This document shows, piece by piece, positions 19,626 to 29,051 of a stretch of 64,000 nt of DNA. The first letter of the stretch is position 1. Each line of letters begins with the position of its first letter. This stretch comes from Clostridia bacterium (GTDB taxonomy: Bacteria; Bacillota; Clostridia; Monoglobales; Monoglobaceae), in assembly GCA_045586925.1 (NCBI GenBank), contig JAZNBG010000035.1, forward strand, positions 6,417 through 70,416, given 5' to 3'. The position numbers and the translations under genes were made by a program. The notes beneath the pieces were generated by a model that saw only the letters and a list, made by a program, of their open reading frames with translations, searched no databases and was not told the DNA's origin.

Positions 19626-20671
19626 GGAAAATATTTGCAGTTAGTATAGTTTTGATAATTCTGTTGCTCGGGAGCGAAGTTTTTGCAGCATATATTGTTT
19701 CAGGTCAGGATATTTATATCAACGGCTCAAAAGCAGAAATGTCAGCAATAAATTTTAATGATAATAATTATGTGAAACTTCGGGATATTACAAAAGCATT
19801 GAATATTGAGATTACATACAATGCAGAAACAAATACTGTTTCAATCAATACCAACAAGCCTTACACAGAGGAAAATCCGAAAGTTGATTACATAAACGGG
19901 AAATCGTATGCAAGAGAAGATTTCACGCAAAAAGCTAATTCCGGTATTTTTAATGATGTGTATACAAGAGATGCTTATAATGCAATCAGGCAATCTATTA
20001 TTGATATTGCAGAAATTACAAATAATACCGATGAGAATGGATATAATGCAAATTATGAGTATGCTCACTTTGTTGATGACACATCTGACGGAATGGGAGA
20101 AACAATAGAAGCAATGAAATCCGTAACAGCAACAATGTTTGGTTATTACAATTTCAGTTTCGGTTATGAGCCAACAATATCAAACTTCTATGAATATCCC
20201 GGATACCGAATTTGCAAACCACAGATACATAAATACTTTGAACCAGCAAACAATGCAACCGACAGCTTTGTTGCAGAGATATCCAATTTTGCTGACCGAG
20301 AAAAAGTCAAACGGATTGCTGATTATATCTGCGAAAGGGTTGCATATAAGAATGAGAATGTTGCAGGAATAAATAAAGTATTTACAGGCACACCTCCTGT
20401 CAATGGAGTATGCGGTACTTATGCAGATGCATTTGTTTATCTTTGCCAACGAGCAGAAATTCCTTGCATATCAGTTGTTGATGATATTCACGCATGGAAC
20501 GAAGTGTATGTTGACGGCAAATGGTACACTACAGATATAAGCTATTATGATGTAGCAAGAACAGATGAATACCTGTTCCCTAAAAACTATCCTCGCACTG
20601 ATATAAACAAACAGAAAACAAATTTTACAAAAGAATTACTTGTTCCTGGAAGTACAAAAAGTACCGATTAA
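19622..20671 (+). CDS. Secreted transglutaminase-like cysteine-protease-fold protein with an N-terminal copper-amine-oxidase-like stalk domain
   Basis: Signal peptide MRKIFAVSIVLIILLLGSEVFA. NNYVKLRDITKALN stalk motif. Cys-His-Asp core in GVCGTYADAFVYLC ... IHAWNEVYVDGKWYTTD. Confidence 0.6.
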   Translation: MRKIFAVSIVLIILLLGSEVFAAYIVSGQDIYINGSKAEMSAINFNDNNYVKLRDITKALNIEITYNAETNTVSINTNKPYTEENPKVDYINGKSYAREDFTQKANSGIFNDVYTRDAYNAIRQSIIDIAEITNNTDENGYNANYEYAHFVDDTSDGMGETIEAMKSVTATMFGYYNFSFGYEPTISNFYEYPGYRICKPQIHKYFEPANNATDSFVAEISNFADREKVKRIADYICERVAYKNENVAGINKVFTGTPPVNGVCGTYADAFVYLCQRAEIPCISVVDDIHAWNEVYVDGKWYTTDISYYDVARTDEYLFPKNYPRTDINKQKTNFTKELLVPGSTKSTD

Positions 20672-20814
20672 AAACAAATTTTTAATCATATAGGGGGTTG
20701 CAAAAAAATTATTTTTTGGCCAAATTTTTAAATGTGTAGATATTGAAAAAATTGCACACCCCCTAAATGTGCTAAAAACGCAGTAATACAGGCGTTTTCA
20801 GGATGTGCAGAATT

Positions 20815-21137
20815 GTGAATTTTCAGGAAGATTTTGCACTAGTAGGGAGGGTTGCAAAATAGTCTTGAAAATAAGCACTAAAAGTTGTATCAAAGAACAG
20901 AAGTCGCCAAAGCATTTTTGCAGGGACTGTAGTTAAACATTATAATGTAGTTTTGAGTAAAAAGCAGATAAAAGAATTAAAGTTATTGCAAGAGCCTTGA
21001 AGGAAATAAGGAGTATGAACTCTAGAAATAAACTTGCAAAAGACGGAGTATTAGAGTTAAAACACACAACGCTTTGAAGAAAAAAAGAAAAGCAATCCGG
21101 CACCTTTGAAAGAACAAATCTTTTAAGGGTGCTTTTC
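20815..21137 (+). repeat. Direct repeat copy A (~320 bp) ending in a terminator hairpin
   Basis: Aligns with 27833-28161, including the identical blocks CACTAGTAGGGAGGGTTG and AAGTCGCCAAAGCATTTTTGCAGGGA. It ends with the GCACC...GGTGC hairpin (21100-21132) plus a T-run. Confidence 0.8.
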
Positions 21138-21198
21138 ATTACTAAGAAGTCGATATAACATTACAGATTATACTCAAACACAAATTAGTAAATCATAC

Positions 21199-21227
21199 TT
21201 GACTAATTTATTTTTATATGCTATAAT
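21199..21227 (+). promoter_or_regulatory. Sigma-A promoter of the defence gene cluster
   Basis: TTGACT (21199-21204), 17 nt, TATAAT (21222-21227). Confidence 0.55.
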
Positions 21228-21256
21228 GTAGATAACCTAAAATGGAGGTCATGTAT

Positions 21257-22648
21257 ATGTTTATAGGCAGAGAAAGAGAGCTTGAAGCTCTGAATAAGCT
21301 TTATAAATCAAATAAATTTGAATTTGCGGTTATCTATGGCAGACGCCGCGTTGGTAAAACTGCGCTCATAAATGAGTTTATAGATAACAAAAAAGCCATA
21401 TATTTTATGGGTGTTGAAAGCAATGCAAAGCAGAATCTTGAAAACTTCTCAAAAAGCATTATGGAGTTTGCAAGTGGTATTGAAACGGAATCCTCTTTCC
21501 TTTCGTTCCAGGCGGCGTTAGAGTATGTATTCAAGCTTGCGGAAAACGAAAGAATCATTCTTGCTATTGATGAATACCCTTATGTGGCTCGTTCATCAAA
21601 AAGCCTTGCATCTACTTTACAACTTCTAATTGATAAATATAAAGATACATCAAAATTGATGCTTATTCTCTGTGGTTCTTCTATGTCCTATATAGAAGAC
21701 CATGTGCTTGCATATAAAGCGCCTCTTTATGGCAGAAGAACAGCACAAATGAAACTTTTGCCATTTGACTTTGAGGAAACATGCAGATATTTCAAAAATC
21801 TATCTGATGAAGATAAAGCACTTATTTATGGCGTTGCAGGTGGCACACCGCAGTACCTTTTGCAGATGGACGATAAATTAAGCGTTGAAGACAATATAAA
21901 AAACACATACTTAAATCCAATTTCATTCTTGTATGAGGAACCAACTAATCTTTTAAAACAAGAAGTGCGTGAACCGGCTATTTACACTGCGATCATTACA
22001 GCTATTGCAACTGGCTCATCAAGAATGTCAGAGATTTCAAGTAAAGTTGGCGAAGATACAAATGTATGTGCAACTTATATTAAAAACTTGATTAATCTTG
22101 GCATTGTTCAGAAAGAAACACCGTATGGTGAAAAGGCATCTCGTAAGTCAGTTTACTCCATTGAGGACAATATGTTCCGCTTCTGGTATCGCTTTGTTCT
22201 TGAAAACAACTCAATCATTGCACGTGGTGCTGCTGATTTGGTTTACAAAAGAATTGAACCACATTTTTCTAACTATATGGGTAAGGTTTTTGAAGAAATT
22301 TGTAAACAGTATCTTTGGAAACAACTTCTTTCCGGTAACTGCCCTGTAGAGTTTACCTCTCTCGGCCGCTGGTGGGGTAATGATCCGAAAGAAAAGAGCC
22401 AAACTGAAATTGATATTATGGGAGAACAGGATAAAAACACAGCTCTCTTTGCAGAATGTAAGTGGACTAACGAAAAGGTTGACCTCGGTGTTTTAGAAAC
22501 ACTTATAAAACGAGGTAATTTGTTCTCATATAAAACAAAGCATTATTACCTGTTCTCAAAATCAGGATTTACAAAAGGTTGTATTGATAAGGCTAACGAG
22601 ATGAGTAATGTAAGTTTGATAGAGTTTGCGGATATGATGGAGGTATAG
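21257..22648 (+). CDS. AAA+ ATPase (Arch_ATPase type) with a C-terminal DUF234 nuclease-like domain
   Basis: The opening MFIGRERELEAL and Walker A GRRRVGKTAL, plus Walker B LAIDEYPY. The C-terminus EIDIMGEQDKNTALFAECKW resembles a PD-(D/E)xK motif. Confidence 0.65.
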   Translation: MFIGRERELEALNKLYKSNKFEFAVIYGRRRVGKTALINEFIDNKKAIYFMGVESNAKQNLENFSKSIMEFASGIETESSFLSFQAALEYVFKLAENERIILAIDEYPYVARSSKSLASTLQLLIDKYKDTSKLMLILCGSSMSYIEDHVLAYKAPLYGRRTAQMKLLPFDFEETCRYFKNLSDEDKALIYGVAGGTPQYLLQMDDKLSVEDNIKNTYLNPISFLYEEPTNLLKQEVREPAIYTAIITAIATGSSRMSEISSKVGEDTNVCATYIKNLINLGIVQKETPYGEKASRKSVYSIEDNMFRFWYRFVLENNSIIARGAADLVYKRIEPHFSNYMGKVFEEICKQYLWKQLLSGNCPVEFTSLGRWWGNDPKEKSQTEIDIMGEQDKNTALFAECKWTNEKVDLGVLETLIKRGNLFSYKTKHYYLFSKSGFTKGCIDKANEMSNVSLIEFADMMEV

Positions 22649-22649
22649 T

Positions 22650-24737
22650 ATGGCTAAGAAAAAGAATAAACATGAAGCATTGTCTGTTGGAAGATTAATT
22701 AACGAAGTTTTAGTCGATCAGCTAGGAATCCCATTTCGAAACATAGTTAATGATACAACTTTTTCAGATTTTACAGGTTCTAAAAGACCAGATATTTTAA
22801 TAGGAAATTTTGAATATACTGGATCAAACAATGAACAATATATAAAAAATCTTGTTGCATATGCAGAAGCAAAAGACATTACATGCAAAGTGGATGATAC
22901 TGAGTGGAAAGATGCGGTAAATCAAGGTAAAGAAAAGGCTGCAAAATTAGGATTACCATTTTTCGGTGTAACAAATTGTAAAACAACATATTTTTACAAT
23001 TTAAAAACCGGAAATAGAATTTCTTTAAACGGTAATGTCATCTATGAATTTCAGACATTGGATGTTTTTAGAATAATAAAAAAGCAATTAACCGAAAAAC
23101 CAAATGTTGATGATATAAAAATAGGTATAGATTCACTATCCTCTGTTTCAGAAGCTGTTTTCAACAAAAAACTTTGGGAGCTAAAAGAAGAATATCGTGC
23201 GATAGATTTCGAAAATAATACACAAAAAATAGATTTTACTGTAGGAATGATTGCGTTAGAATATTATGAAGAAAAAGCTGAGATAGATGGAACTAAAGAT
23301 AATTCTATGCAGTATTGGTCTACATGTAAGGCGATGATTCCCAATCCATATACATATGAAAACTCAAACACAATAACAACGATTTTAGTAACATATATAG
23401 ATAGACTTACTGGCGAAGAGTCGGAGTTTAAAGAATTTTCTCCGCTTTTAAAGAAGGTAAAGGAATTAATAAGCGGTCAGAAACCTATGATTAATTCTAA
23501 ACGTTTGCAATCTATATATTTTATTATTGATTCTATGCGACCTCTGCATGGTACGGGCTTTGACTTGTTCGGTGCAGTGTATGAAAATTTTGCAAACACA
23601 AAAGAGAAGAAGGATTTTGGTGAGTATTTTACAAGGCGACATTATGCACATGTTTTTGCGGAGTTATTGTTGCAGAAAGAAGATATTTTTAATTCCGAAT
23701 ATAAATTTTCTATTTTAGACCCAGCTTGTGGAACTGGCGGAATGCTTACAGAAAGTTTTAAGGTTTTGAAAAACAACTATGAATCTTCGGGTACATTTGA
23801 TCAAGAAGCACAAACTTTTTTGTCCGAAGAGTGCTTTTATGGAATAGATGTAAGAGGAGAAAATATTTCAAGAACCCGTTTAAATATGTTTTTGGTTGGT
23901 GATGGGCACACAAACATGCACTCTGATGACTCATTAAACCCAACAACAAAAACTGGGAAGAAATTTTTGAATAAAAAATATAAATATATCATAACAAACC
24001 CTCCTTATGGACCGGGTACAGAATTAGCAAACACAGATAGTATAAACTCTTATAGGTTCGAAATAGCGTTTATCTGTAGAATTATAGATCTCCTAGAAAG
24101 AAATGGTCAAGCGTGTATAATCACCCCTGATGGCATTTTGGAAAACCCTTCTTTGAAAAAGTTTCGAAATGAGATTTTGCAAACATGTGAAATATATGCA
24201 ATAGTTTCTTTACCCAAGTTTGCTTTTGCACCTTATACAAAAGAAAAAACATACGCATTATTCATTAGAAAACTACATGATAGAGCGTCCTCGGAGCAAA
24301 CCAATAAAAAATTGCCTACTGGGAAATTCCAATCAACTCCAATTTGGATGTATATCATTGATAACGATGGCTTTGCTAATTCTGATAAGAGATTCCCTAC
24401 TAGACTTAGAGATTCAAGTCAAAGATGGCAGCATGATGAGGTTTCGGGTTATGCTGATAGCGAAGGTATAGAAAGAAAAAGTATTCTTGAACAGCGATGG
24501 TTAAATTTTGACGATACAGCTACGGGTGGAACATTGTGGATTGATGAAGATGGCATTGAAGTAAAAATGAGAAAAGGTGGCTTTGTACAAATTGACTCTA
24601 TTCGAAATAATGATTTTTTGACTTTACTTCCAGAATATTATCTAAGACCATATGAACCTAAGTTTATAACAGAGGAACAATTTAATGAAAGTATGGATAA
24701 TATTGAACGTGAGATAAAAGAGTTTTTTGGACTGTAG
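22650..24737 (+). CDS. Fused restriction endonuclease / N6-adenine methyltransferase (BcgI-A-like, type IIB/IIG)
   Basis: N-terminal PD...ExK candidate (RPDILI ... AYAEAKD). Methyltransferase motif I LDPACGTGGML and motif IV ITNPPYG. No HsdR gene nearby. Confidence 0.6.
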   Translation: MAKKKNKHEALSVGRLINEVLVDQLGIPFRNIVNDTTFSDFTGSKRPDILIGNFEYTGSNNEQYIKNLVAYAEAKDITCKVDDTEWKDAVNQGKEKAAKLGLPFFGVTNCKTTYFYNLKTGNRISLNGNVIYEFQTLDVFRIIKKQLTEKPNVDDIKIGIDSLSSVSEAVFNKKLWELKEEYRAIDFENNTQKIDFTVGMIALEYYEEKAEIDGTKDNSMQYWSTCKAMIPNPYTYENSNTITTILVTYIDRLTGEESEFKEFSPLLKKVKELISGQKPMINSKRLQSIYFIIDSMRPLHGTGFDLFGAVYENFANTKEKKDFGEYFTRRHYAHVFAELLLQKEDIFNSEYKFSILDPACGTGGMLTESFKVLKNNYESSGTFDQEAQTFLSEECFYGIDVRGENISRTRLNMFLVGDGHTNMHSDDSLNPTTKTGKKFLNKKYKYIITNPPYGPGTELANTDSINSYRFEIAFICRIIDLLERNGQACIITPDGILENPSLKKFRNEILQTCEIYAIVSLPKFAFAPYTKEKTYALFIRKLHDRASSEQTNKKLPTGKFQSTPIWMYIIDNDGFANSDKRFPTRLRDSSQRWQHDEVSGYADSEGIERKSILEQRWLNFDDTATGGTLWIDEDGIEVKMRKGGFVQIDSIRNNDFLTLLPEYYLRPYEPKFITEEQFNESMDNIEREIKEFFGL

Positions 24738-24746
24738 GAGGAATAA

Positions 24747-25901
24747 ATGAAATATCAAGTAAAAGATTATCCTATTTGTGATGCTATCTCTTGCATGAGT
24801 GGAAATTCTGGTTTAACAGAGGAATTTATATATAGTACGACACAGATAAAGGGTAAAAGGTATATAGTTTTATCCAGTGCTTTAGAAGAGGAAACAATGA
24901 TGGGCGAAGTTCCGATGTGTACTTTAAACGATAAACCAATTAAAGTCTTTGAAAATAAGGAAGGGCTACTGGTTGCCAGAAATGGCAGAGCCGGGACAAC
25001 AAGATATTTAACCCCAGGGCGATATACAATTAATGATCATGCATATATCCTTTCGGTTAAAAAAGGTTGTCCATATAAAATTGATCTGAGATGGTTGGCT
25101 ATTCAATATAAAACTGAATTTCTTTCATATTCATCAGCTTCAGATAATGGCACATGGAACAAAACTGGCTTTTTTAAAAATGTTACAATAGACGTTCCTG
25201 ATATTGATGAGCAGATACGAATCGTTAATATGGTAGAAAAGGCACAACAAACTATAGAAAAGATAAAAATAATTAAGAAGGATTTGCTTAAAGCATTTGA
25301 ACGCATAATTTCTGTCGAATATTCTAAATATGTTAAACGTAATATACCAATTAATGATGTTTTAGATTGTATGAGTGGCAATTCGGGATTAACATCCGAA
25401 TTCATATATAGCACTTTACATAAGCCAGGTAAAAGATTCAAAGTTTTGTCTGGAGCAACACAAGAAGAGAATTTATTAGGAGAAATCCCCAAATGTGCAA
25501 TAGACGATAAAATGATTAAAACTTTTGAAGATAAAGAAGGTCTCCTAGTTGTTAGAAAAGGGAAAGCAGGTGCTACAAAGTTTCTGCCAAAGGGTAACTA
25601 TACAATAAATGATGATGCATATATCTTGTCTGTAAAGCCGGACTTTGAAAAGTTGGTTGATATTAGGTGGATAAAGATTCATTGTAAAACAGACTTTATG
25701 AATTATTCATCATCTTCGGACAATGGTACATGGAACAAAACAGGCTTTTTTAAAAATGTTACAATAGACATTCCAGCGTTGGAAGAACAAAAACGTGTTG
25801 CAGCAACATATGAGAAGGCCGAAAAGTATTTTGAAAAAATACAAAAAATCGAAAAGCAACTAACAGAATTGTTGGATAAAAGGCTCTGTTCAGAATTGTA
25901 A
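24747..25901 (+). CDS. HsdS-like specificity subunit with two homologous target-recognition domains
   Basis: The two halves (aa ~10-190 and ~200-384) align throughout, for example CMSGNSGLTEEFIYST / CMSGNSGLTSEFIYST and SDNGTWNKTGFFKNVTID in both. Confidence 0.75.
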   Translation: MKYQVKDYPICDAISCMSGNSGLTEEFIYSTTQIKGKRYIVLSSALEEETMMGEVPMCTLNDKPIKVFENKEGLLVARNGRAGTTRYLTPGRYTINDHAYILSVKKGCPYKIDLRWLAIQYKTEFLSYSSASDNGTWNKTGFFKNVTIDVPDIDEQIRIVNMVEKAQQTIEKIKIIKKDLLKAFERIISVEYSKYVKRNIPINDVLDCMSGNSGLTSEFIYSTLHKPGKRFKVLSGATQEENLLGEIPKCAIDDKMIKTFEDKEGLLVVRKGKAGATKFLPKGNYTINDDAYILSVKPDFEKLVDIRWIKIHCKTDFMNYSSSSDNGTWNKTGFFKNVTIDIPALEEQKRVAATYEKAEKYFEKIQKIEKQLTELLDKRLCSEL

Positions 25902-26018
25902 TGATAGTCAGATGTGTGAAGTTTTTTGATTTGCATATACCAAGAGCTCAAAAAAACATAGACTTTAGATAAGATTGATGTTTAAGTGATTGAACTCTTC
26001 TTACAGGAGGGAATATAA

Positions 26019-26660
26019 ATGTGGAGAAAGTTCCGTTGGGATATGTTTGTTACATCATTTATCCCATTATGGTTTTCTATTATTGTTTTTAATCTATGGA
26101 AAGTAGTAGAAATTTCAATTGATGTTTGGGATAAGAAAAGCAAGTACATTGATAACATAGTAAATTGCATTGAAAAAAGCTATGTTGAACTCGGTGTTAT
26201 GCTTGTTGTTATTTTACTTGTTTGGATTAGTATTAGTGGAATTAGCTCTTTTATAAAGGAACGTAAGTCTACAGAAAATAATCCTAAAGGGAAAATAATA
26301 CGAGCAACTAAAGCTAACAAACTTTCTTCTGAGTTTTTGTTAGCATACATACTTCCTATGATAGCTTTTGACTTTGGAGAAATAAAGGATATAGTTTTGT
26401 TTGTTATATACTTTTCTGTATTGGCCTTTTTGTGCATAAGAAACAATAATATTTATACAAATATTCTTTTGGAATTTAAGGGTTATAAAATGTACAACTG
26501 CGATATTGAGTGTTCGGTGCTTGAAAAGAAAAAGATTTATCACGACAGCTTGATAATAAGTGAAGTAGACTTAACTCAGATGGAAGAAAATGAGATACCA
26601 TATTGGGATTTTGACAAATATATTTATATAGCAATAAACGAGGTGGAAGATAGTGAGTAA
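26019..26660 (+). CDS. Four-TM membrane protein, KwaA-like (candidate Kiwa component)
   Basis: 213 aa with 4 predicted TM helices. It overlaps the next gene by 8 nt. Size and architecture match KwaA as I recall it, but no sequence comparison was possible. Confidence 0.35.
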   Translation: MWRKFRWDMFVTSFIPLWFSIIVFNLWKVVEISIDVWDKKSKYIDNIVNCIEKSYVELGVMLVVILLVWISISGISSFIKERKSTENNPKGKIIRATKANKLSSEFLLAYILPMIAFDFGEIKDIVLFVIYFSVLAFLCIRNNNIYTNILLEFKGYKMYNCDIECSVLEKKKIYHDSLIISEVDLTQMEENEIPYWDFDKYIYIAINEVEDSE

Positions 26661-27585
26661 AACCGTACTAAAGACAATATGTGAATGTGGAAAAAATGGT
26701 CAATATTCATGGAGTTTGTTTTTCTTCAAAACAGACAAAAGAAATAAACAGCCTTATAAAATGTTTAAGGTTCGTTTTAAAAACGCTAATTATCTTACTA
26801 CATATGCAGCAAACTTAATTGAGACTGTTGATAAGTTTCAAATTGAACCTATAAGCGATGTCCAGGATTACGATGGTGAGAATTCAAAAGTATCATGTGA
26901 TAAGATTGAATTGTCTAATCAACTAATTAGCGAACAGTGGACCTTATTCACCGAAGCTGTTGCAAGTGCCGCTGATGGTAAAGCCGACGGAAGAATTAAT
27001 GGTTATATATTGTACGGACAATCTTTAAAAGAAGATGACAAGCCTATTACACTTGTTAAAGTGGCAAATCCGATAACAAAGCTTACAAACAAAAAAAGTG
27101 TAATATTCACGACTACTGCAGATGATGAACTGGAATTAATGTCTGATGATGTATGTAGGCTTTATCTTACTACTGACTTTATTGTTTTTGATGGAACCAT
27201 GTATACATTCAACCATACATTTGAAACAATCTTTAATCTTGAGAAAACAATGGCTAAGGTGAAGAATGATGCTATAGAAGAGATATTAAGTACAAATGCT
27301 TTTTCTAATCCTGAAGAATTTAAAGCATTGGCAGGAAAATACAAATCATCACGCACCTTTATAACTCTTAAAAAAGAACGTGTAAATAGAATTAAAGATA
27401 AACGCAGTAGGAAGAAAGTCGCAGAAATGCTCAAACTTCCACTTGGTAGTGATGGAGAGTTTAATATAACAAAACCAGAAGATGCGTCTCTTTTATTGCG
27501 ATATCTGTGTTTTAAAATATTCCAGGATAATGAGACAATGGATGTGCTTGAGGCTAATACTGTAAACAAATTAAATCTTGCATAA
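26653..27585 (+). CDS. Soluble 310-aa protein, KwaB/DUF4868-like (candidate Kiwa component)
   Basis: Translationally coupled to the membrane protein upstream. Size is typical of KwaB. The assignment rests on architecture only. Confidence 0.35.
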   Translation: MSKTVLKTICECGKNGQYSWSLFFFKTDKRNKQPYKMFKVRFKNANYLTTYAANLIETVDKFQIEPISDVQDYDGENSKVSCDKIELSNQLISEQWTLFTEAVASAADGKADGRINGYILYGQSLKEDDKPITLVKVANPITKLTNKKSVIFTTTADDELELMSDDVCRLYLTTDFIVFDGTMYTFNHTFETIFNLEKTMAKVKNDAIEEILSTNAFSNPEEFKALAGKYKSSRTFITLKKERVNRIKDKRSRKKVAEMLKLPLGSDGEFNITKPEDASLLLRYLCFKIFQDNETMDVLEANTVNKLNLA

Positions 27586-27832
27586 GGTTCAATAAAAAGA
27601 CATGGAGAAATCAAACTCCACAGCTTTGCAGGAATATATGTTTTCTGAAACAAAATGAATATAAAATATACATTCATTTTAGGTGAGAAATATACAAATT
27701 TTACTCCCGAGGGGGTTGGGAAAAACGGAAATTTTAGCGTTTTTTGAAAAGTAGTCAAAAAAGCATAACAACTCCACATATCAAATGCCGCTTATCCCTA
27801 GTAAAATAGCCACATTCAGGACTTGTAAAAAT

Positions 27833-28161
27833 TTAATTTTCAGACCACTTTTCCCACTAGTAGGGAGGGTTGGGGAAAACGCTTTTTGGTGTAATATTAA
27901 AAACGGTAAAAAATACACAAGTCGCCAAAGCATTTTTGCAGGGAATGTAGTTAGACGTAACGAGGTAATTTTGAGTGAAAACCAGTTAAACGTACAAAAG
28001 TAGTTACAAGAGCTTTGGAGGAAATAGCGAGAACAAAACTTGCGGATATAGTTAGCAAAAGACGGAGCAATAAAGTTGAAACACACAACGATTTGAAGGA
28101 ATAAAACATAAATAAATTCAGCACCGTTGAAAGATTTAAAATCTTTTGAGGGTGCTTTTTC
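27833..28161 (+). repeat. Direct repeat copy B (~320 bp) ending in a terminator hairpin
   Basis: Homologous to 20815-21137. It ends with a GCACC...GGTGC hairpin (28121-28155) plus T5, immediately upstream of the resolvase promoter (TGaTATAAT, hexamer 28193-28198). Confidence 0.8.
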
Positions 28162-28233
28162 TATAAACAAAATAATAACACCTGTCCGGTGATATAATAT
28201 CATAAAAAGCCATTATGGTTTGGAGGTGTTGTT

Positions 28234-28908
28234 ATGACATATGGATATGTTAGAGTGTCCTCAAGTGATCAAAATGTAGACAGACAATTAATTGAAATGG
28301 AAGGATTAACAATCCCCGTACAAAATATTTTTATAGATAAACAATCGGGTAAAGACTTTAAGCGCCCACAATATATTAAATTGCTTGAGGTTCTTAAAAA
28401 AGGTGATTTATTATATGTAAAGTCAATAGACCGTTTGGGGCGAAACTATAAAGAAATACTGGAACAATGGCAAATGCTGACTAAAGAAATGGAAGTTGAT
28501 GTTGTTGTAATAGATATGCCACTTTTAGATACACGAACTGCTAAAGATTTGCTCGGTACATTCATAGCGGACTTGGTTTTACAAGTGCTTTCTTTTGTGG
28601 CTCAAAGCGAGCGTGAAAACATAAAGAAACGCCAAGAAGAAGGCATAAAAGCTGCCAGACTTCGTGGCGTTAAATTTGGACGACCTGTTATTCCCGTGCC
28701 GGATAATTTTGAGTTTCTTGTTGAACAATGGGAACATGGGGAAATATCCGCCGATTATGTGGCTCAGAAAAGCGAAATGAGTGAATCAACCTTTTATAGA
28801 AGATTAAAAGAATTAAGGAAAAACACAAAACAAAAATCACTGTCAAATGGTACACTTTTTGACAGTGATTATTTTTTGTTGATATATACTGTTAAAAACA
28901 GATTTTAA
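28234..28908 (+). CDS. Small serine recombinase (resolvase/invertase family)
   Basis: Catalytic N-terminus YGYVRVSSSDQNVDRQ, SIDRLGRN, and a C-terminal HTH (SESTFYRRLKE). The last ~25 codons read through a terminator hairpin. Confidence 0.85.
   Translation: MTYGYVRVSSSDQNVDRQLIEMEGLTIPVQNIFIDKQSGKDFKRPQYIKLLEVLKKGDLLYVKSIDRLGRNYKEILEQWQMLTKEMEVDVVVIDMPLLDTRTAKDLLGTFIADLVLQVLSFVAQSERENIKKRQEEGIKAARLRGVKFGRPVIPVPDNFEFLVEQWEHGEISADYVAQKSEMSESTFYRRLKELRKNTKQKSLSNGTLFDSDYFLLIYTVKNRF
28835..28878 (+). terminator. Rho-independent terminator overlapping the resolvase 3' end
   Basis: 13-bp perfect stem AATCACTGTCAAA / TTTGACAGTGATT followed by ATTTTTTG. Confidence 0.7.
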
Positions 28909-29051
28909 CACAAAAATTATACTATATTCCCCTTGAAAAGTCAATTAAATGATTTTATTTCTTACCAATCTCCAGTTGAACTGCCTTTGTCAAAAAGTGT
29001 ACTTTTTGGTAAAGCTATCAAGTTATTAGCTAATGGAGGTGTTCGACAAGA

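Noticed and set aside
20933-21139. Minus-strand ORFs inside the direct repeats (20933-21139 and 27781-28203)
   Set aside because: Their apparent similarity simply follows the nucleotide repeat. They lack RBSs, differ greatly in length and are Phe/Leu/Cys-rich AT-codon artefacts.
22650-25901. Calling the methylase/specificity pair a type I R-M system
   Set aside because: There is no HsdR gene in the cluster, and the methylase-bearing protein has its own N-terminal PD...ExK candidate. A BcgI-like type IIB arrangement fits better, but this remains unproven.
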